A DNA stretch of 64,000 nucleotides from an uncultured SAR86 cluster bacterium (GCA_902619265.1 CACNDL010000002.1:8505-72504), one strand, 5' to 3'. Counted from the stretch's first letter, positions 46,744 to 59,481 are shown. The notes: generated by a model not told the origin, from the sequence alone. A program made the numbers and translations.

Positions 46744-47686
46744 AACAATTGAAAACATCTTCTAAATCAATAGATGTATTTTTTACATTATCTAAAAGTC
46801 TGCGCCTAATTTCTTTTGTATGAGAGAGTTTACGAATAATTTGTAATAAATGTGTGACAGCTCGATTTACATCTTTTTTATTTTTAAGAGTTAAGATGTA
46901 AGCCATATAATTCTGCATTCCCTTGCTGAACTCTAAATTTGTGTTATTTCCATAAACTTCTTTATCAATTTGCAATAAAAAAGCAGGGTCTGAATAAATT
47001 TTTCTACCCAACATTACACCATCTACAAAATTTAATTGTTTTTTTACATTCTCAATTTCTTCTATTCCTCCATTGATAATTATTTTTAAGTTTGGGAAGC
47101 GATCTTTCATCTTATAAACAAGATCATAGTTCAGAGGGGGGATAGATCTATTCCTTTTGGTATCGAGTCCACTAATGGCTTTTCTAGCATGAATAATGAA
47201 TGTACTTATATCGTAATCAGAAATAGTTGATAGAAAGCTTTCTAAATAGTCCTCTCCTTCAAAGTCATCCACTCCAATTCTGCATTTTATGGTGAAGGGG
47301 ACGTTGATATTTTTTTTAACTTCATTTACGCAAGAGCCGAGCAATTCAACATTTTTCATCAAAAAAACTCCAAAATTACCAGATTTTACTTTTTTGGACG
47401 GACAGCCCACATTTAGATTAATTTCATCATAACCAAACTCCTGACCAATTATTGCTGCTTGTGCCAGGGACTTTGGATCTGACCCTCCTAGCTGAAGACC
47501 CACAGGGTGTTCAGATCTATCAAATTTTAATAATTTATCGACATCACCTTTCAATATTGCATTCGAGTGAATCATTTCGGTATAGAGCATTGAGTTTTTG
47601 GTAAATTGTCTGGCCATAAAACGAAAATGCTTATCAGTTTTTTTCATCATTGGAGCAATACAAAATTTATGATGATTTTGTGTCAT
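46700..47686 (-). CDS. dusA: tRNA-dihydrouridine(20/20a) synthase
   Basis: FCIAPMMKKTDKHFRF, INLNVGCPS, ..CRIG.. Start taken at ATG 47686 (ATGA overlap with the nhaB stop). Confidence 0.85.
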   Translation of the reverse strand: MTQNHHKFCIAPMMKKTDKHFRFMARQFTKNSMLYTEMIHSNAILKGDVDKLLKFDRSEHPVGLQLGGSDPKSLAQAAIIGQEFGYDEINLNVGCPSKKVKSGNFGVFLMKNVELLGSCVNEVKKNINVPFTIKCRIGVDDFEGEDYLESFLSTISDYDISTFIIHARKAISGLDTKRNRSIPPLNYDLVYKMKDRFPNLKIIINGGIEEIENVKKQLNFVDGVMLGRKIYSDPAFLLQIDKEVYGNNTNLEFSKGMQNYMAYILTLKNKKDVNRAVTHLLQIIRKLSHTKEIRRRLLDNVKNTSIDLEDVFNCFKEDLDQKAHLQIH

Positions 47687-49146
47687 ATGAAATATATAAC
47701 ACACGCTAGTCCAACTAGAGTTAGAACAATCGTGTAAGGGAGAGCTTTGTAGACCATCTTTAAATAAGATAATCCTATTAATGGCGCTAAAGATGAAGTT
47801 AAAAGAAATAAAAATGCTGCCTGACCGTTAGGTGTTGCAACACTTGGTAAATTTGTACCTGTATTTATCGCTACTGCAAGCCTATCAAATTGATTTTCAG
47901 TAATAACGTTGTTTTCCAGTGCCAAAACTATCTCATTCATGTATACAGTTGCAACAAAGACATTATCACTAATAGCTGACAAGGCACCATTCGCTAAATA
48001 AAACAATGGCACTTGCATATCTACTGAAGAAGCCAAAACGAGGTTTATCACAGGTGTGAATAAGCTTTGATCATTGATTACAGCAACAACCACAAAAAAG
48101 ATCACAAGTAGTGAGGTGAAGGGTAAGGATTCTTTGAAAGCTCCACCTAATTGATGTTCTTCGGTAATCCCTTTAAAAGCTGTCAAGAAGACCATTAAAA
48201 ATAACCCAATAATTCCTACCGGTGCTAAATGAAGTCCAAGTGCAAATATTAGACATAAGCCCAACATCGCTTCAAAAACTAAGTGAAGCTTCTCCATATC
48301 TGTTCTTTCCGCATCAACTTTTTCTGCATTTACAATTATCTTGCTTCTCAATTCATCAGTCATTTGATGTCCATAGCTGAATACTTTAAATTTCTCTATT
48401 AAGACACAACATATCAATCCAGCAAGCAAAACTGGCATCGTTACAGGAGCCATTTTGTAGAAAAACTCCATAAATTCCCAACCAGCTTTATCAGCAATAA
48501 GTAAGTTTTGAGGTTCTCCTACAATTGTGCATACACCACCCAAAGCAGTGCCAACTGCACCATGCATCATAATGTCAGTCAAAAATGATTTAACTTGTTC
48601 AAATTCATTTTTATTAATCTCATTATTCTTAAAACTCCTCTCAAATGTATGGTAAAAGCCGACCATTACTGTAATTAAAACTGCTGTTACTGTAAGAGCA
48701 TCTAAGAATGCAGACAAAAATGCAGCTGAAATTACAAATAGCAATGAGAGTAGAATTTTTGATTTAACTCTTTGTAATAGCTTTGTAAAGATAACCATTA
48801 AAAGATTTTTCATGAAAAATATAGCTGAAACCATGAAGACTAGTAAAAGAATTACTTCTAAATTTGATTCGATTTCATGTAAAACGTGATAGGGATCCGT
48901 CAAGCCCAATAAAAGTGCTTGAAATGCGATTAAACCACCTGGTTGAAGGGGATAGCACTGTATGGAAAAAACTAAAGTAAAAATAAATTGTAGAAGCACT
49001 ATCCAACCAAGCAAGAATCCTGGATTAAGTCCCATAAAATTGAAGTAGAAAAAAATTAAGGGATTTATTAAAAGAAATAGCAGAATGCTTGATTTGTACC
49101 AATCAGGCGCATTCCCTAAAAAACTTTTGAATATTGTATTTAACAC
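47683..49146 (-). CDS. nhaB: Na+/H+ antiporter NhaB
   Basis: The N-terminus FLGNAPDWYKSSILLFLLINPLIFF...QCYPLQPGGLIAFQALLLG is collinear with E. coli NhaB. GTG start. Confidence 0.85.
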   Translation of the reverse strand: MLNTIFKSFLGNAPDWYKSSILLFLLINPLIFFYFNFMGLNPGFLLGWIVLLQFIFTLVFSIQCYPLQPGGLIAFQALLLGLTDPYHVLHEIESNLEVILLLVFMVSAIFFMKNLLMVIFTKLLQRVKSKILLSLLFVISAAFLSAFLDALTVTAVLITVMVGFYHTFERSFKNNEINKNEFEQVKSFLTDIMMHGAVGTALGGVCTIVGEPQNLLIADKAGWEFMEFFYKMAPVTMPVLLAGLICCVLIEKFKVFSYGHQMTDELRSKIIVNAEKVDAERTDMEKLHLVFEAMLGLCLIFALGLHLAPVGIIGLFLMVFLTAFKGITEEHQLGGAFKESLPFTSLLVIFFVVVAVINDQSLFTPVINLVLASSVDMQVPLFYLANGALSAISDNVFVATVYMNEIVLALENNVITENQFDRLAVAINTGTNLPSVATPNGQAAFLFLLTSSLAPLIGLSYLKMVYKALPYTIVLTLVGLACVIYFI

Positions 49147-49176
49147 TTCTCTAATAAAAGTTTACATTATACAGAC

Positions 49177-49974
49177 ATGAAAAATTTAACGTCCAGTTTT
49201 TCTATAAGTCAAAAACCCAAGCCTGATGATCTAATAGTAAGTATAAACTCTAGAAAAGAAATACTGTTTAACAAGAAAAATAAAAATTTCTTCCATAAAG
49301 TTCCAGATCAATTGCCTTCACAAATATTTAAAATCTTTGAGGAAGATAATTTAAATATATTTCTTGTTGAAGAACTGAAGGAAATAAACGAAGAATGTGA
49401 ATACTTAAGCAAGAAATTTTTATATTCTCATCTTAATGAAAACTCACTTATCTTAATTTCCAGGGCATTCCAGATCTATGATTGGATTTACAAGCAGAAA
49501 TTTTGTTCTAGAACAGGAAATAAGTTAAGTGAAGTCCGTGAAGATCTTTCCAAATTTTGTGATAGCTGCACAAGGGAATACTTTCCAAAAATGTCTCCTT
49601 GTATTCTTGCCGCAATCACACATAACAAAAAAATACTTTTGGTTAAACATAATAACGAGATTCGCACATTATCCACAGTTATTGCTGGATTTGTAGAATT
49701 AGGTGAATCTTTAGAAGATTGTGTAAAGAGAGAGGTTTTTGAAGAGGTTGGCTTGAAAATAAAGAATATTAAATATTTAGCAAGTCAATCTTGGCCATTT
49801 CCAAATCAGTTGATGATGGCTTTTAGTGCAGAAGCTTTGAATGATCGATTTGAAATAGATAACAATGAAATTCTGGAAGCAAATTGGTATTCAAAAGAGA
49901 ATTTACCTCAAATACCTCCAGAACCATCTTTATCAAACACTTTAATATTAAATACTCTTAAAACTATGATCTAG
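49177..49974 (+). CDS. nudC: NAD+ diphosphatase (NADH pyrophosphatase)
   Basis: Zn-ribbon C..C...C..C, Nudix box GFVELGESLEDCVKREVFEEVG, SQSWPFPNQLMMAF. Confidence 0.85.
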   Translation: MKNLTSSFSISQKPKPDDLIVSINSRKEILFNKKNKNFFHKVPDQLPSQIFKIFEEDNLNIFLVEELKEINEECEYLSKKFLYSHLNENSLILISRAFQIYDWIYKQKFCSRTGNKLSEVREDLSKFCDSCTREYFPKMSPCILAAITHNKKILLVKHNNEIRTLSTVIAGFVELGESLEDCVKREVFEEVGLKIKNIKYLASQSWPFPNQLMMAFSAEALNDRFEIDNNEILEANWYSKENLPQIPPEPSLSNTLILNTLKTMI

Positions 49975-51928
49975 GGTCGTTTTTGGCCCTTCTAACCGGT
50001 TTTTTCTTTACAGGCTCTATTCTGTTGCCAATGTTGTCATCAACCGGCTTTGGGGTTGCTTCAGGAGCCACTTTAACATTTCCGCTTTTTGGCTTTAATG
50101 GTTTTTTTGGTACTGAAGTTTTTACAGGTCTCTTAGTTTTAGCAATAGGTTTTCTGACATTTTTTTGATTTTTGTCGTTTGAGTTAAATTTTTTATTGCC
50201 TTTATAAGATGAATTTTTATTTCTACTTTGATTTGAACTACGCCTTGGATTAGGTTTGCCTCTTCGAGAATTGAATTTTTTTCTTCCGGGTTTTGGTTCT
50301 TCTTCGCCTTTAAAAAAATTAAATAATGAATCTAGTAGACCTTTTTTGTTGTTATCAATTTTTGGAATATTCCTAAACTCGACGTCCTCAACAAGAGCTT
50401 TTTTTGATTTTTTTGGTACCTTTACATTGTAAGTCGTTCTGTTCTGGAAAGCTTTTGAAGATTCATCCAATTCATACTCATAATCAAAATAAGCATTTTT
50501 TTTAATTTCGATCGTATAGTTATCGTTTTGTTTGTACGGATCAATGAAAGTCATAATTTTATTAGAAAATTTACGCTCTAATTGATCTAAATTGGAACGA
50601 TATCTATTTAGCAACTCATTAGCTATGTTTGGGGAAACTTTCAACATCAAAATACTAGATTGATTGTTAATAGATTTTTCAGTGATCAATCTAAAGATCG
50701 ATTCACATACCGATGCAACAGACCTCACCCAAACGGTTTTACCCATTAAATCATTTAAGGCAGGTTTAATTCTTTGTCTGGACATTTCCATTAAGCCAAA
50801 CCTTGATATCTTATCCAACTGTATTCTTGCATGATCGAGTTTTGTTGATTCATACATCGCTCTTTCAACTTTTTCATTACTTTTTGGCTCTTCCATATCA
50901 ATAAAATCAATGACAATGAGACCACCTAAATCCCTTAATTTAACTTGTTTACCAATTTCTGCTGCTGCCTCTAAATTTGTTTTCAGGGCTGTTTCTTCAA
51001 TATCTCCACCTTTTGTAGATTTTGCGGAGTTAATATCAATTGAAGTGAGTGCTTCCCCAGAATCAATTACCAATGAAGCACCAGATTTTAGTTTAACTTC
51101 TCTGGAAAATGCAGATTCTATTTTAGACTCGATACCATAACTCGCAAATAATGGAACCTCTTCATCGTAAAGTTTAATTTTTTCAATAAAATCTGGAACA
51201 ATCTTATTGGTATAAGTTTTAGCTGAATTAAAGTCATCTTCATTATCAACAACAAGCTCTCCAATATCTTCTTTAAAGTAATCTCTAATTGTTTTCTGAA
51301 TAAGGCTTTGATCTGCGTAGATCAATTGTGTTGCTCTAGAACCCTTAATTGCTGAATCAACTTCAACCCATAATTTTTTAAGATATTCTAAATCCCACTT
51401 AAGCTCCTCAATTTGCTTATCAATACCAGCAGTTCTGATAATTACACTCATATTTTCTGGTACATTTAGTGCCTCAATATGACTTTTTATCTTATCTCTT
51501 TCTTCTCCATGAATTCTTCTTGAGATACCTCCACCATTTGGATGGTTTGTCATTAAAACAATGTATCTACTTGCTAGTGATATGTAAGTTGATAATGCTG
51601 CGCCTTTATTAACACGCTCTTCCTTTTGAATTTGTATAACGATATCATCGCCTTCTTTGATTTTAAATCTATCGTCACCTGATTTTGATGGATCAAAATA
51701 TTCCGCTGAAAGTTCTTTAAAGGGCAAAAACCCATGTCTTGAGGAACCTAATTCCACAAAAATTGCTTCCAAGCTTCCCTCAATTTTGGTGATTTTACCT
51801 TTGTGTATACTACCTTTCTGGAAGTTATTTCCTTCAAATTCCAGATCAAAGTCTATAAGTTTATCGCCTTCTATCAATGCACTTCTACGTCCATTTATAG
51901 AATTAGTATCAATTAAAATTTTTTTCAT
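49964..51928 (-). CDS. rne: ribonuclease E (compact form)
   Basis: S1 and catalytic N-terminal half (MKKILIDT..., GGLIVIDFIDM), plus a short Lys/Arg/Pro-rich C-terminus. Start at ATG 51928 (AAGGGA SD 7 nt upstream) preferred to TTG 51943. Divergent from rluC as in E. coli. Confidence 0.85.
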   Translation of the reverse strand: MKKILIDTNSINGRRSALIEGDKLIDFDLEFEGNNFQKGSIHKGKITKIEGSLEAIFVELGSSRHGFLPFKELSAEYFDPSKSGDDRFKIKEGDDIVIQIQKEERVNKGAALSTYISLASRYIVLMTNHPNGGGISRRIHGEERDKIKSHIEALNVPENMSVIIRTAGIDKQIEELKWDLEYLKKLWVEVDSAIKGSRATQLIYADQSLIQKTIRDYFKEDIGELVVDNEDDFNSAKTYTNKIVPDFIEKIKLYDEEVPLFASYGIESKIESAFSREVKLKSGASLVIDSGEALTSIDINSAKSTKGGDIEETALKTNLEAAAEIGKQVKLRDLGGLIVIDFIDMEEPKSNEKVERAMYESTKLDHARIQLDKISRFGLMEMSRQRIKPALNDLMGKTVWVRSVASVCESIFRLITEKSINNQSSILMLKVSPNIANELLNRYRSNLDQLERKFSNKIMTFIDPYKQNDNYTIEIKKNAYFDYEYELDESSKAFQNRTTYNVKVPKKSKKALVEDVEFRNIPKIDNNKKGLLDSLFNFFKGEEEPKPGRKKFNSRRGKPNPRRSSNQSRNKNSSYKGNKKFNSNDKNQKNVRKPIAKTKRPVKTSVPKKPLKPKSGNVKVAPEATPKPVDDNIGNRIEPVKKKPVRRAKNDPRS

Positions 51929-52113
51929 TTTATCCCTTATCAATAAAGGATAAGAACAACGATTTATGCTATAAGTCTCTGTGGAATAAGCATTTTTTTG
52001 AATTTGTTTAATCTATTTTTTGTTGTTCTCATCGTTATTAAATTTTTTTTATCGCTTACTTTTCATTAATTTTTCTATTTCGTTGTAAGCTAAGGCGTAT
52101 ATTTTACAGCAAA
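51929..52113 (-). promoter_or_regulatory. rne 5' leader / rne-rluC divergent control region with a long-range stem
   Basis: 185-nt gap, unusually long for this window. AGAACAAC (51953-60) pairs with GTTGTTCT (52023-30), enclosing a smaller ATGCT/AGCAT hairpin (51966-70 with 51989-93). Confidence 0.3.
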
Positions 52114-53022
52114 ATGACAAAAATTAATTTTTTTCTTGTAAATAAAGATCATGAAGGAAGAAGGTTAGATAACTTTCTTTTTAGTAAATTTAAAAAAGGC
52201 ATCCCTAAATCTAAAATTTATAGCTCTATCCGAAAAGCAAAAATAAAAGTAAATGGCAGAAAAACTAAACCCGATTATAAGCTTCAGACCGGTGATAAAA
52301 TTGGATATCCTGAGTTGGTACAAAAAACTGATATTAATGACTCACCAAATCTACAAGATCATATTGATTTGATAAAAGACTCTATCATTTATGACTCTAA
52401 AAACTTTGTGGTTTTAAACAAACCACCAAATTATGCAGTGCATGGTGGTTCAGGTTTAAATTTTGGAATTATTGAAATAGTCAGAAAAATTTATAAGTAT
52501 TCAGAAAATTTTAATCTCGCTCATCGAATTGATAAATCAACCAGTGGATGCTTGGTTATTGCCAAAAAAATGTCGGCGTTGAGAGATATCCACAAACAAT
52601 TTAGAAATAGATCGGTCAAAAAAGTTTATGAATGTATTGTGAAAGGGTCTTGGCCAAAAGAATTAAAAAAGATAAATAATAGTTTAGATATTCAAAAGAC
52701 TCATAAAACAGATCAAAAAGCTGTCAAAACCAATTCCGGTAAAGAATCTCTAACAAAATTTTTTATAAATGAACAAATGAATGGCTACACAAAGATGACG
52801 GCTATTCCTCAAACTGGAAGAACACATCAAATTCGATTTCACTGTTTAGATGCTGGATTTCCAATAATTGGAGATAAAAAGTATTATCTAGGTAATTCCA
52901 AGACAGATGCCAAAAGATTAATGCTTCATGCTCGTTCGATCGAATTTACTGATAACACAGAAAAAGTAATAGCAACCTCGGAGAATGATTACGGGTTTAC
53001 AGATTTTAAAAAGAGTATTTAA
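52114..53022 (+). CDS. rluC: 23S rRNA pseudouridine synthase (RluC-like, RluA family)
   Basis: S4 domain N-terminus; HRIDKSTSGCLVIAKK catalytic motif; GRTHQIRFH. Confidence 0.8.
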   Translation: MTKINFFLVNKDHEGRRLDNFLFSKFKKGIPKSKIYSSIRKAKIKVNGRKTKPDYKLQTGDKIGYPELVQKTDINDSPNLQDHIDLIKDSIIYDSKNFVVLNKPPNYAVHGGSGLNFGIIEIVRKIYKYSENFNLAHRIDKSTSGCLVIAKKMSALRDIHKQFRNRSVKKVYECIVKGSWPKELKKINNSLDIQKTHKTDQKAVKTNSGKESLTKFFINEQMNGYTKMTAIPQTGRTHQIRFHCLDAGFPIIGDKKYYLGNSKTDAKRLMLHARSIEFTDNTEKVIATSENDYGFTDFKKSI

Positions 53023-53356
53023 ATAAGGTTACATTTAATGAAGCATCTAAGCCTGAATTAAATCTAATTTCGTTAAAAGGCATTATTTGTAGATTGTTAC
53101 TGTAAAAAAGTGCTTGTGGATATTCATCTTCATCGTAATATTCATAGATTCCCCAAATGACAAGCCCCATTAATAATAAGGTTGCAGCATTTTCTTCATC
53201 TGATTTACATCTACCTAACATCTCAATTGGCCCATTTTCTGTGTAGATTATTTTTTTCCAACCAATTCCTTCAACAAATTCCTCTTCACAGTTATCGAGG
53301 TGGGAAGCATTAGTTAAAGATGCAATAAATAATAAAAAAAACAAATTTAATTTCAT
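53006..53356 (-). CDS. hypothetical small secreted/membrane protein
   Basis: Signal peptide MKLNLFFLLFIASLTNA. Start moved to ATG 53356 because the ORF-track N-terminus overlaps tRNA-Leu. Confidence 0.45.
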   Translation of the reverse strand: MKLNLFFLLFIASLTNASHLDNCEEEFVEGIGWKKIIYTENGPIEMLGRCKSDEENAATLLLMGLVIWGIYEYYDEDEYPQALFYSNNLQIMPFNEIRFNSGLDASLNVTLFKYSF

Positions 53357-53365
53357 AAGTTTAAT

Positions 53366-53450
53366 TGGTAGGGATGAACGGACTTGAACCGTTACGCTTT
53401 TCAGCATGCGAGTTTGAGTCGCACGTGTCTACCAATTCCACCACATCCCC
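53366..53450 (-). tRNA. tRNA-Leu (anticodon CAA)
   Basis: Reverse complement: GGGGATGTGGTGGAATTGGTAGACACGTGCGACTCAAACTCGCATGCTGAAAAGCGTAACGGTTCAAGTCCGTTCATCCCTACCA. Class II variable arm. Confidence 0.85.
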
Positions 53451-53459
53451 ATAACTGCT

Positions 53460-55621
<2,162 letters not shown>

Positions 55622-55629
55622 GAGAATAA

Positions 55630-55932
55630 ATGAACGAAGCAGCAGGACCATCTTTTTTACCATTTTTAATGCTATTAGTATTCTTTTTGTTTATTTATTT
55701 TGTAACCATTAGACCACAACAAAAAAGACAGAAAGAACATGAAGCCCTTGTTACATCATTGGAAAAAGGGGATGAGGTTATGACGTCATCTGGGCTAGTA
55801 GGAAAAATAGAAAACATTTCTGACCGTTATGTGAGTGTTAAATTAAACGATCAAGTCTCTATTAACATGCAAAAAGAGTTTGTAGCATCAAAATTACCGA
55901 AAGGCACTATTAACAGCATTGAATCACAGTGA
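55630..55932 (+). CDS. yajC: preprotein translocase subunit YajC
   Basis: 100 aa; single TM helix, then IRPQQKRQKEH..L.KGDEV.T..G..GKI. Confidence 0.9.
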   Translation: MNEAAGPSFLPFLMLLVFFLFIYFVTIRPQQKRQKEHEALVTSLEKGDEVMTSSGLVGKIENISDRYVSVKLNDQVSINMQKEFVASKLPKGTINSIESQ

Positions 55933-57767
55933 ACAAATATAAAGTCTGGCAAATTGCATTAATTTATTCAGTGTTAGTGTTTGGTGTTATTTTTGCACTG
56001 CCAAACTTTTTTCCAACAAAACCTGCCATACAAATTGCATTTGGCGATTCGATAAGAGCAACAAGTTCAAATATTATTAGCGATCTTTCTTCTGAGTTGA
56101 ATGATAAAAAAGTAAGTTTTACTGAAATTGAATATGAAGAGAATTCAGCGAAGATAATTTTTGAAGATGTAAGCGATCAATTGGCAGCGAGAAGGGTATT
56201 GTCTTCTTATTCTGATGGAGAGTTCATAATTGCTTTAAATTCAGAACCTTCAACACCTGAATGGCTTAACTCTATAGGAGGAAAACCAATTAACCTCGGT
56301 TTAGATTTAGCAGGTGGAATACATTTCTTACTGGAAGTTGATACTGATAGATACTCTACTGAAAGGTTATCTTCGGAAGGTGCTTCAATAATAGACGAGC
56401 TCCTATCAAGAAACATCAATGCTAATTATGTAAGCTCTAATGAGAGTATTAATATCACTTTTAGAAACTTTGAAGATCTCTCAAGTGCAAGAGATTATCT
56501 TGATCAAAATAATTTCACAACATCTGGAGCAAAATACAATATTTTGCAAAATAATAATGACCTTGAGCTTCAATATACAGACAATTATTTATCTGAGATT
56601 GTTGATTATGCAGTAGAGCAAAACTTAGTAGCCTTGCGTAACAGAGTAAATGAATTAGGTGTTTCAGAACCAATAGTTCAAAGGGAGGGGAAAGGACGTA
56701 TTGTGGTTGAGCTCCCAGGTGTGCAGGATTCAGCATCTGCCAAAAAGATAATAGGTAAGACTGCAAATTTAGAATTTAGATTAGAAGCTCGACCGACAGA
56801 CTCGTTTCTTAGGAAAGAAAAATTTAATTATAAAAACTCATCGGGTACAAGTGCATTTCTAGAAAAGGTGGTAATTATCACTGGTGATAATGTTACTAAC
56901 GCACAAAGTAGTTTTGATGAAAGCGGAAGACCACAAGTAAATATAAATCTAGATATAGATGGTGGAAGATCAATGCAAAGCGCTACAAAAGATAATATTG
57001 GGCGGAGGCTTGGTGTTGTTTTAGTCGAAGAGAAAACAAGAACTTTCTTTGATGAAAACGATAATGTACTGCAAGAGAGTTATACAGAAAAAAATGTTAT
57101 CAGTAATGCAACTATACAAGCTGCATTGGGGACAGCATTCAGGATAACAGGACTATCAAGTAGTTACGAGGCAAGTGAGCTTGCACTTCTGCTTAGAGCA
57201 GGAGCGCTTGCAGCACCAATGAAATTTGTTGAGGAACAAACAATAGGCCCAACTCTTGGACAAGATAATATTGATAAGGGGCTAAATTCAGTAATTGTAG
57301 GTTTTATCTTGGTTTTTATCTTTATGCTTATTAGATATAGATTATTCGGTTTTGCCGCTAATGTTGCATTAATTTCAAACTTAATTTTGGTTACTGCAAT
57401 AATGTCGCTTGTTGGGGCAACTCTAACTTTGCCGGGTATAGCAGGTATTGTACTTACTGTTGGAATGGCTGTTGATGCTAATGTGCTAATTTTTGCCCGT
57501 ATTTCAGAAGAACTTAAAGCAAATGTCGAAGTACAAAATGCAATAAGAAACGGTTTCAGTAAAGCTTTCAGTACAATTATTGACGCAAATATAACCACTT
57601 TACTCGTTGCTGTTATTTTATATGCCATCGGAACAGGCCCAATTAAAGGATTCGCTGTCACTTTAAGCATTGGAATTGTTACTTCTGTATTTACTGCAAT
57701 ATTTGTTACAAGGTCATTAGTTAATTTTATTTATGGATATAGAGATATAAAGGAGTTGAAGGTTTAA
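55929..57767 (+). CDS. secD: protein translocase subunit SecD
   Basis: 612 aa; LGLDLAGGIHFLLEVD, large periplasmic domain, C-terminal 5 TM helices with LTLPGIAGIVLTVGMAVDANVLIF. GTG start (GTGA overlap). Confidence 0.95.
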   Translation: MNKYKVWQIALIYSVLVFGVIFALPNFFPTKPAIQIAFGDSIRATSSNIISDLSSELNDKKVSFTEIEYEENSAKIIFEDVSDQLAARRVLSSYSDGEFIIALNSEPSTPEWLNSIGGKPINLGLDLAGGIHFLLEVDTDRYSTERLSSEGASIIDELLSRNINANYVSSNESINITFRNFEDLSSARDYLDQNNFTTSGAKYNILQNNNDLELQYTDNYLSEIVDYAVEQNLVALRNRVNELGVSEPIVQREGKGRIVVELPGVQDSASAKKIIGKTANLEFRLEARPTDSFLRKEKFNYKNSSGTSAFLEKVVIITGDNVTNAQSSFDESGRPQVNINLDIDGGRSMQSATKDNIGRRLGVVLVEEKTRTFFDENDNVLQESYTEKNVISNATIQAALGTAFRITGLSSSYEASELALLLRAGALAAPMKFVEEQTIGPTLGQDNIDKGLNSVIVGFILVFIFMLIRYRLFGFAANVALISNLILVTAIMSLVGATLTLPGIAGIVLTVGMAVDANVLIFARISEELKANVEVQNAIRNGFSKAFSTIIDANITTLLVAVILYAIGTGPIKGFAVTLSIGIVTSVFTAIFVTRSLVNFIYGYRDIKELKV

Positions 57768-58678
57768 TGAATATACCATTCATTCAATTTAATAAATTCG
57801 GAATTATGGTCTCTTCTGGCTTAATTTTAATAACCTTAGTTTCATTATTATTCAAAGGCCTTAACCTTGGTTTAGATTTTACTGGTGGTATCTCATTAGA
57901 AATGAAATACGAGCAAAAAGCAGATTTGGAGAGAATTAGAAATAGTATCTCTAAAATTGAGAATTCCAATTTTGTTGTCTTGAACTATGGCAGCGACAAC
58001 AGTGTATTAATCAAATTTCAAAGTGACGAGGAATTAAGTATAAATGCTCAAACCGTTATAGATCAGTTATCAGCTGACAATTATTTAGGAGAAGTTGAAA
58101 AGTCCGAAACAATATTTCCTCAGATTGGTGAAGAGCTTCGTGATCAAGGTGGCATTGCTATTCTTGTTGCTATGCTCGTGATACTTGTCTACATAATTTT
58201 TAGATTCCAAATAAAGTTTGGATATGGAGCAATTGCAGCATTATTTCATGATGTTCTGATCATACTTGGGATTTTTTCGATTTTTAGTTTAACTTTTGAT
58301 TTATCAGTACTGGCCGCCTTGCTTGCAGTAGTTGGTTATTCACTCAATGATTCGATTGTTGTATCAGATAGAATAAGAGAAAACTTTTTAGATGATAATA
58401 AGAAAGGTAGTTCAGAGGTTTTACTTAATGATTCTCTAAATCAAGTATTCGCTAGAACGATTATTACCTCTTTTACCACTTTGTTAGTCTTAATAGCACT
58501 CTTAGTTGCGGGTGGGGAAGCCTTGAAAAACTTTAGCCTAGCTTTAGCAGCTGGTGTGGTAGTAGGTTCATACTCTTCAATTTTTATTGTTGTTAGAGTA
58601 TTGATGCTGACAGGTTTATCTAAAAAAGATATGGAAAAACCTAAAAATGAACCTGAAGAATCTTATTCTTTAGATTGA
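57767..58678 (+). CDS. secF: protein translocase subunit SecF
   Basis: LGLDFTGG, HDVLIILG, AALLAVVGYSLNDSIVVSDRIRE. Confidence 0.95.
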   Translation: MNIPFIQFNKFGIMVSSGLILITLVSLLFKGLNLGLDFTGGISLEMKYEQKADLERIRNSISKIENSNFVVLNYGSDNSVLIKFQSDEELSINAQTVIDQLSADNYLGEVEKSETIFPQIGEELRDQGGIAILVAMLVILVYIIFRFQIKFGYGAIAALFHDVLIILGIFSIFSLTFDLSVLAALLAVVGYSLNDSIVVSDRIRENFLDDNKKGSSEVLLNDSLNQVFARTIITSFTTLLVLIALLVAGGEALKNFSLALAAGVVVGSYSSIFIVVRVLMLTGLSKKDMEKPKNEPEESYSLD

Positions 58679-59469
58679 AATCCTGCTCTGACGCATTTAG
58701 ATAAATCTTTAAAACATTTTGGTGTTGAAATTATCATGTGATCTGATGAATAGGTATCAGGCACACCCTTAAAATCAGATATCAAGCAACCAGCTGATTG
58801 TGCTATGTGGAGTCCCGCAAGTCTATCCCATAATTTAAGGCCATGCCCCCAAAACCCATCCAGTTTGCCTGCAGCACAATAAACTATATCTAAAGAAGTG
58901 CAGCCTGACCTTCTTACAGTAACATCAAATTCATTCAATAATTTATAAGTTTCGAGAGGCTTATATATGTATTTCTGATCTTTATTAGAGTGACCAGTTG
59001 AGCTCAGCAAAGCATTATTTAAAGAAGATTTAGAGCTAGCTCTTATTCTTTTATTGTTAAGCAAAGCTCCTGTATCTTCACCAGCACAAAATACATCATT
59101 CCTAACTGGATCAATGATCACAGCACAAACAACTTTATCTTCTTTAAGACAAGCCAATGAAAGCGCGTAATGAGGGTATTGATAAATAAAATTTCTGGTG
59201 CCATCAATTGGATCAAGTACCCAAGAACACTCTTTATCATCTATTCCGTCGGTTCCTGTTTCTTCTCCAAAGTAGCCAAAATCTGGATAATATCTTTGTA
59301 AGTTTTCGAACACCTTTTGCTCTACGTATTGATCTAGATTTGTCGTAAAGTCATTAGTCCCTTTCTTTATTACTTTTAGATTATCAATTCTCTTACTAAA
59401 TTGTATTATTTCATTTGCACCTTCATATGCAGCATTTAGTGCTCTATTAAGAATTGGGGGTAATGACAT
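58663..59469 (-). CDS. suhB: inositol monophosphatase family protein
   Basis: GEE.., WVLDPIDGTRNF, ..WDRLAG.. ATG at 59469 preferred to the TTG at 59475 used by the ORF track. Confidence 0.85.
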   Translation of the reverse strand: MSLPPILNRALNAAYEGANEIIQFSKRIDNLKVIKKGTNDFTTNLDQYVEQKVFENLQRYYPDFGYFGEETGTDGIDDKECSWVLDPIDGTRNFIYQYPHYALSLACLKEDKVVCAVIIDPVRNDVFCAGEDTGALLNNKRIRASSKSSLNNALLSSTGHSNKDQKYIYKPLETYKLLNEFDVTVRRSGCTSLDIVYCAAGKLDGFWGHGLKLWDRLAGLHIAQSAGCLISDFKGVPDTYSSDHMIISTPKCFKDLSKCVRAGFQSKE

Positions 59470-59481
59470 AGTCAATATATT

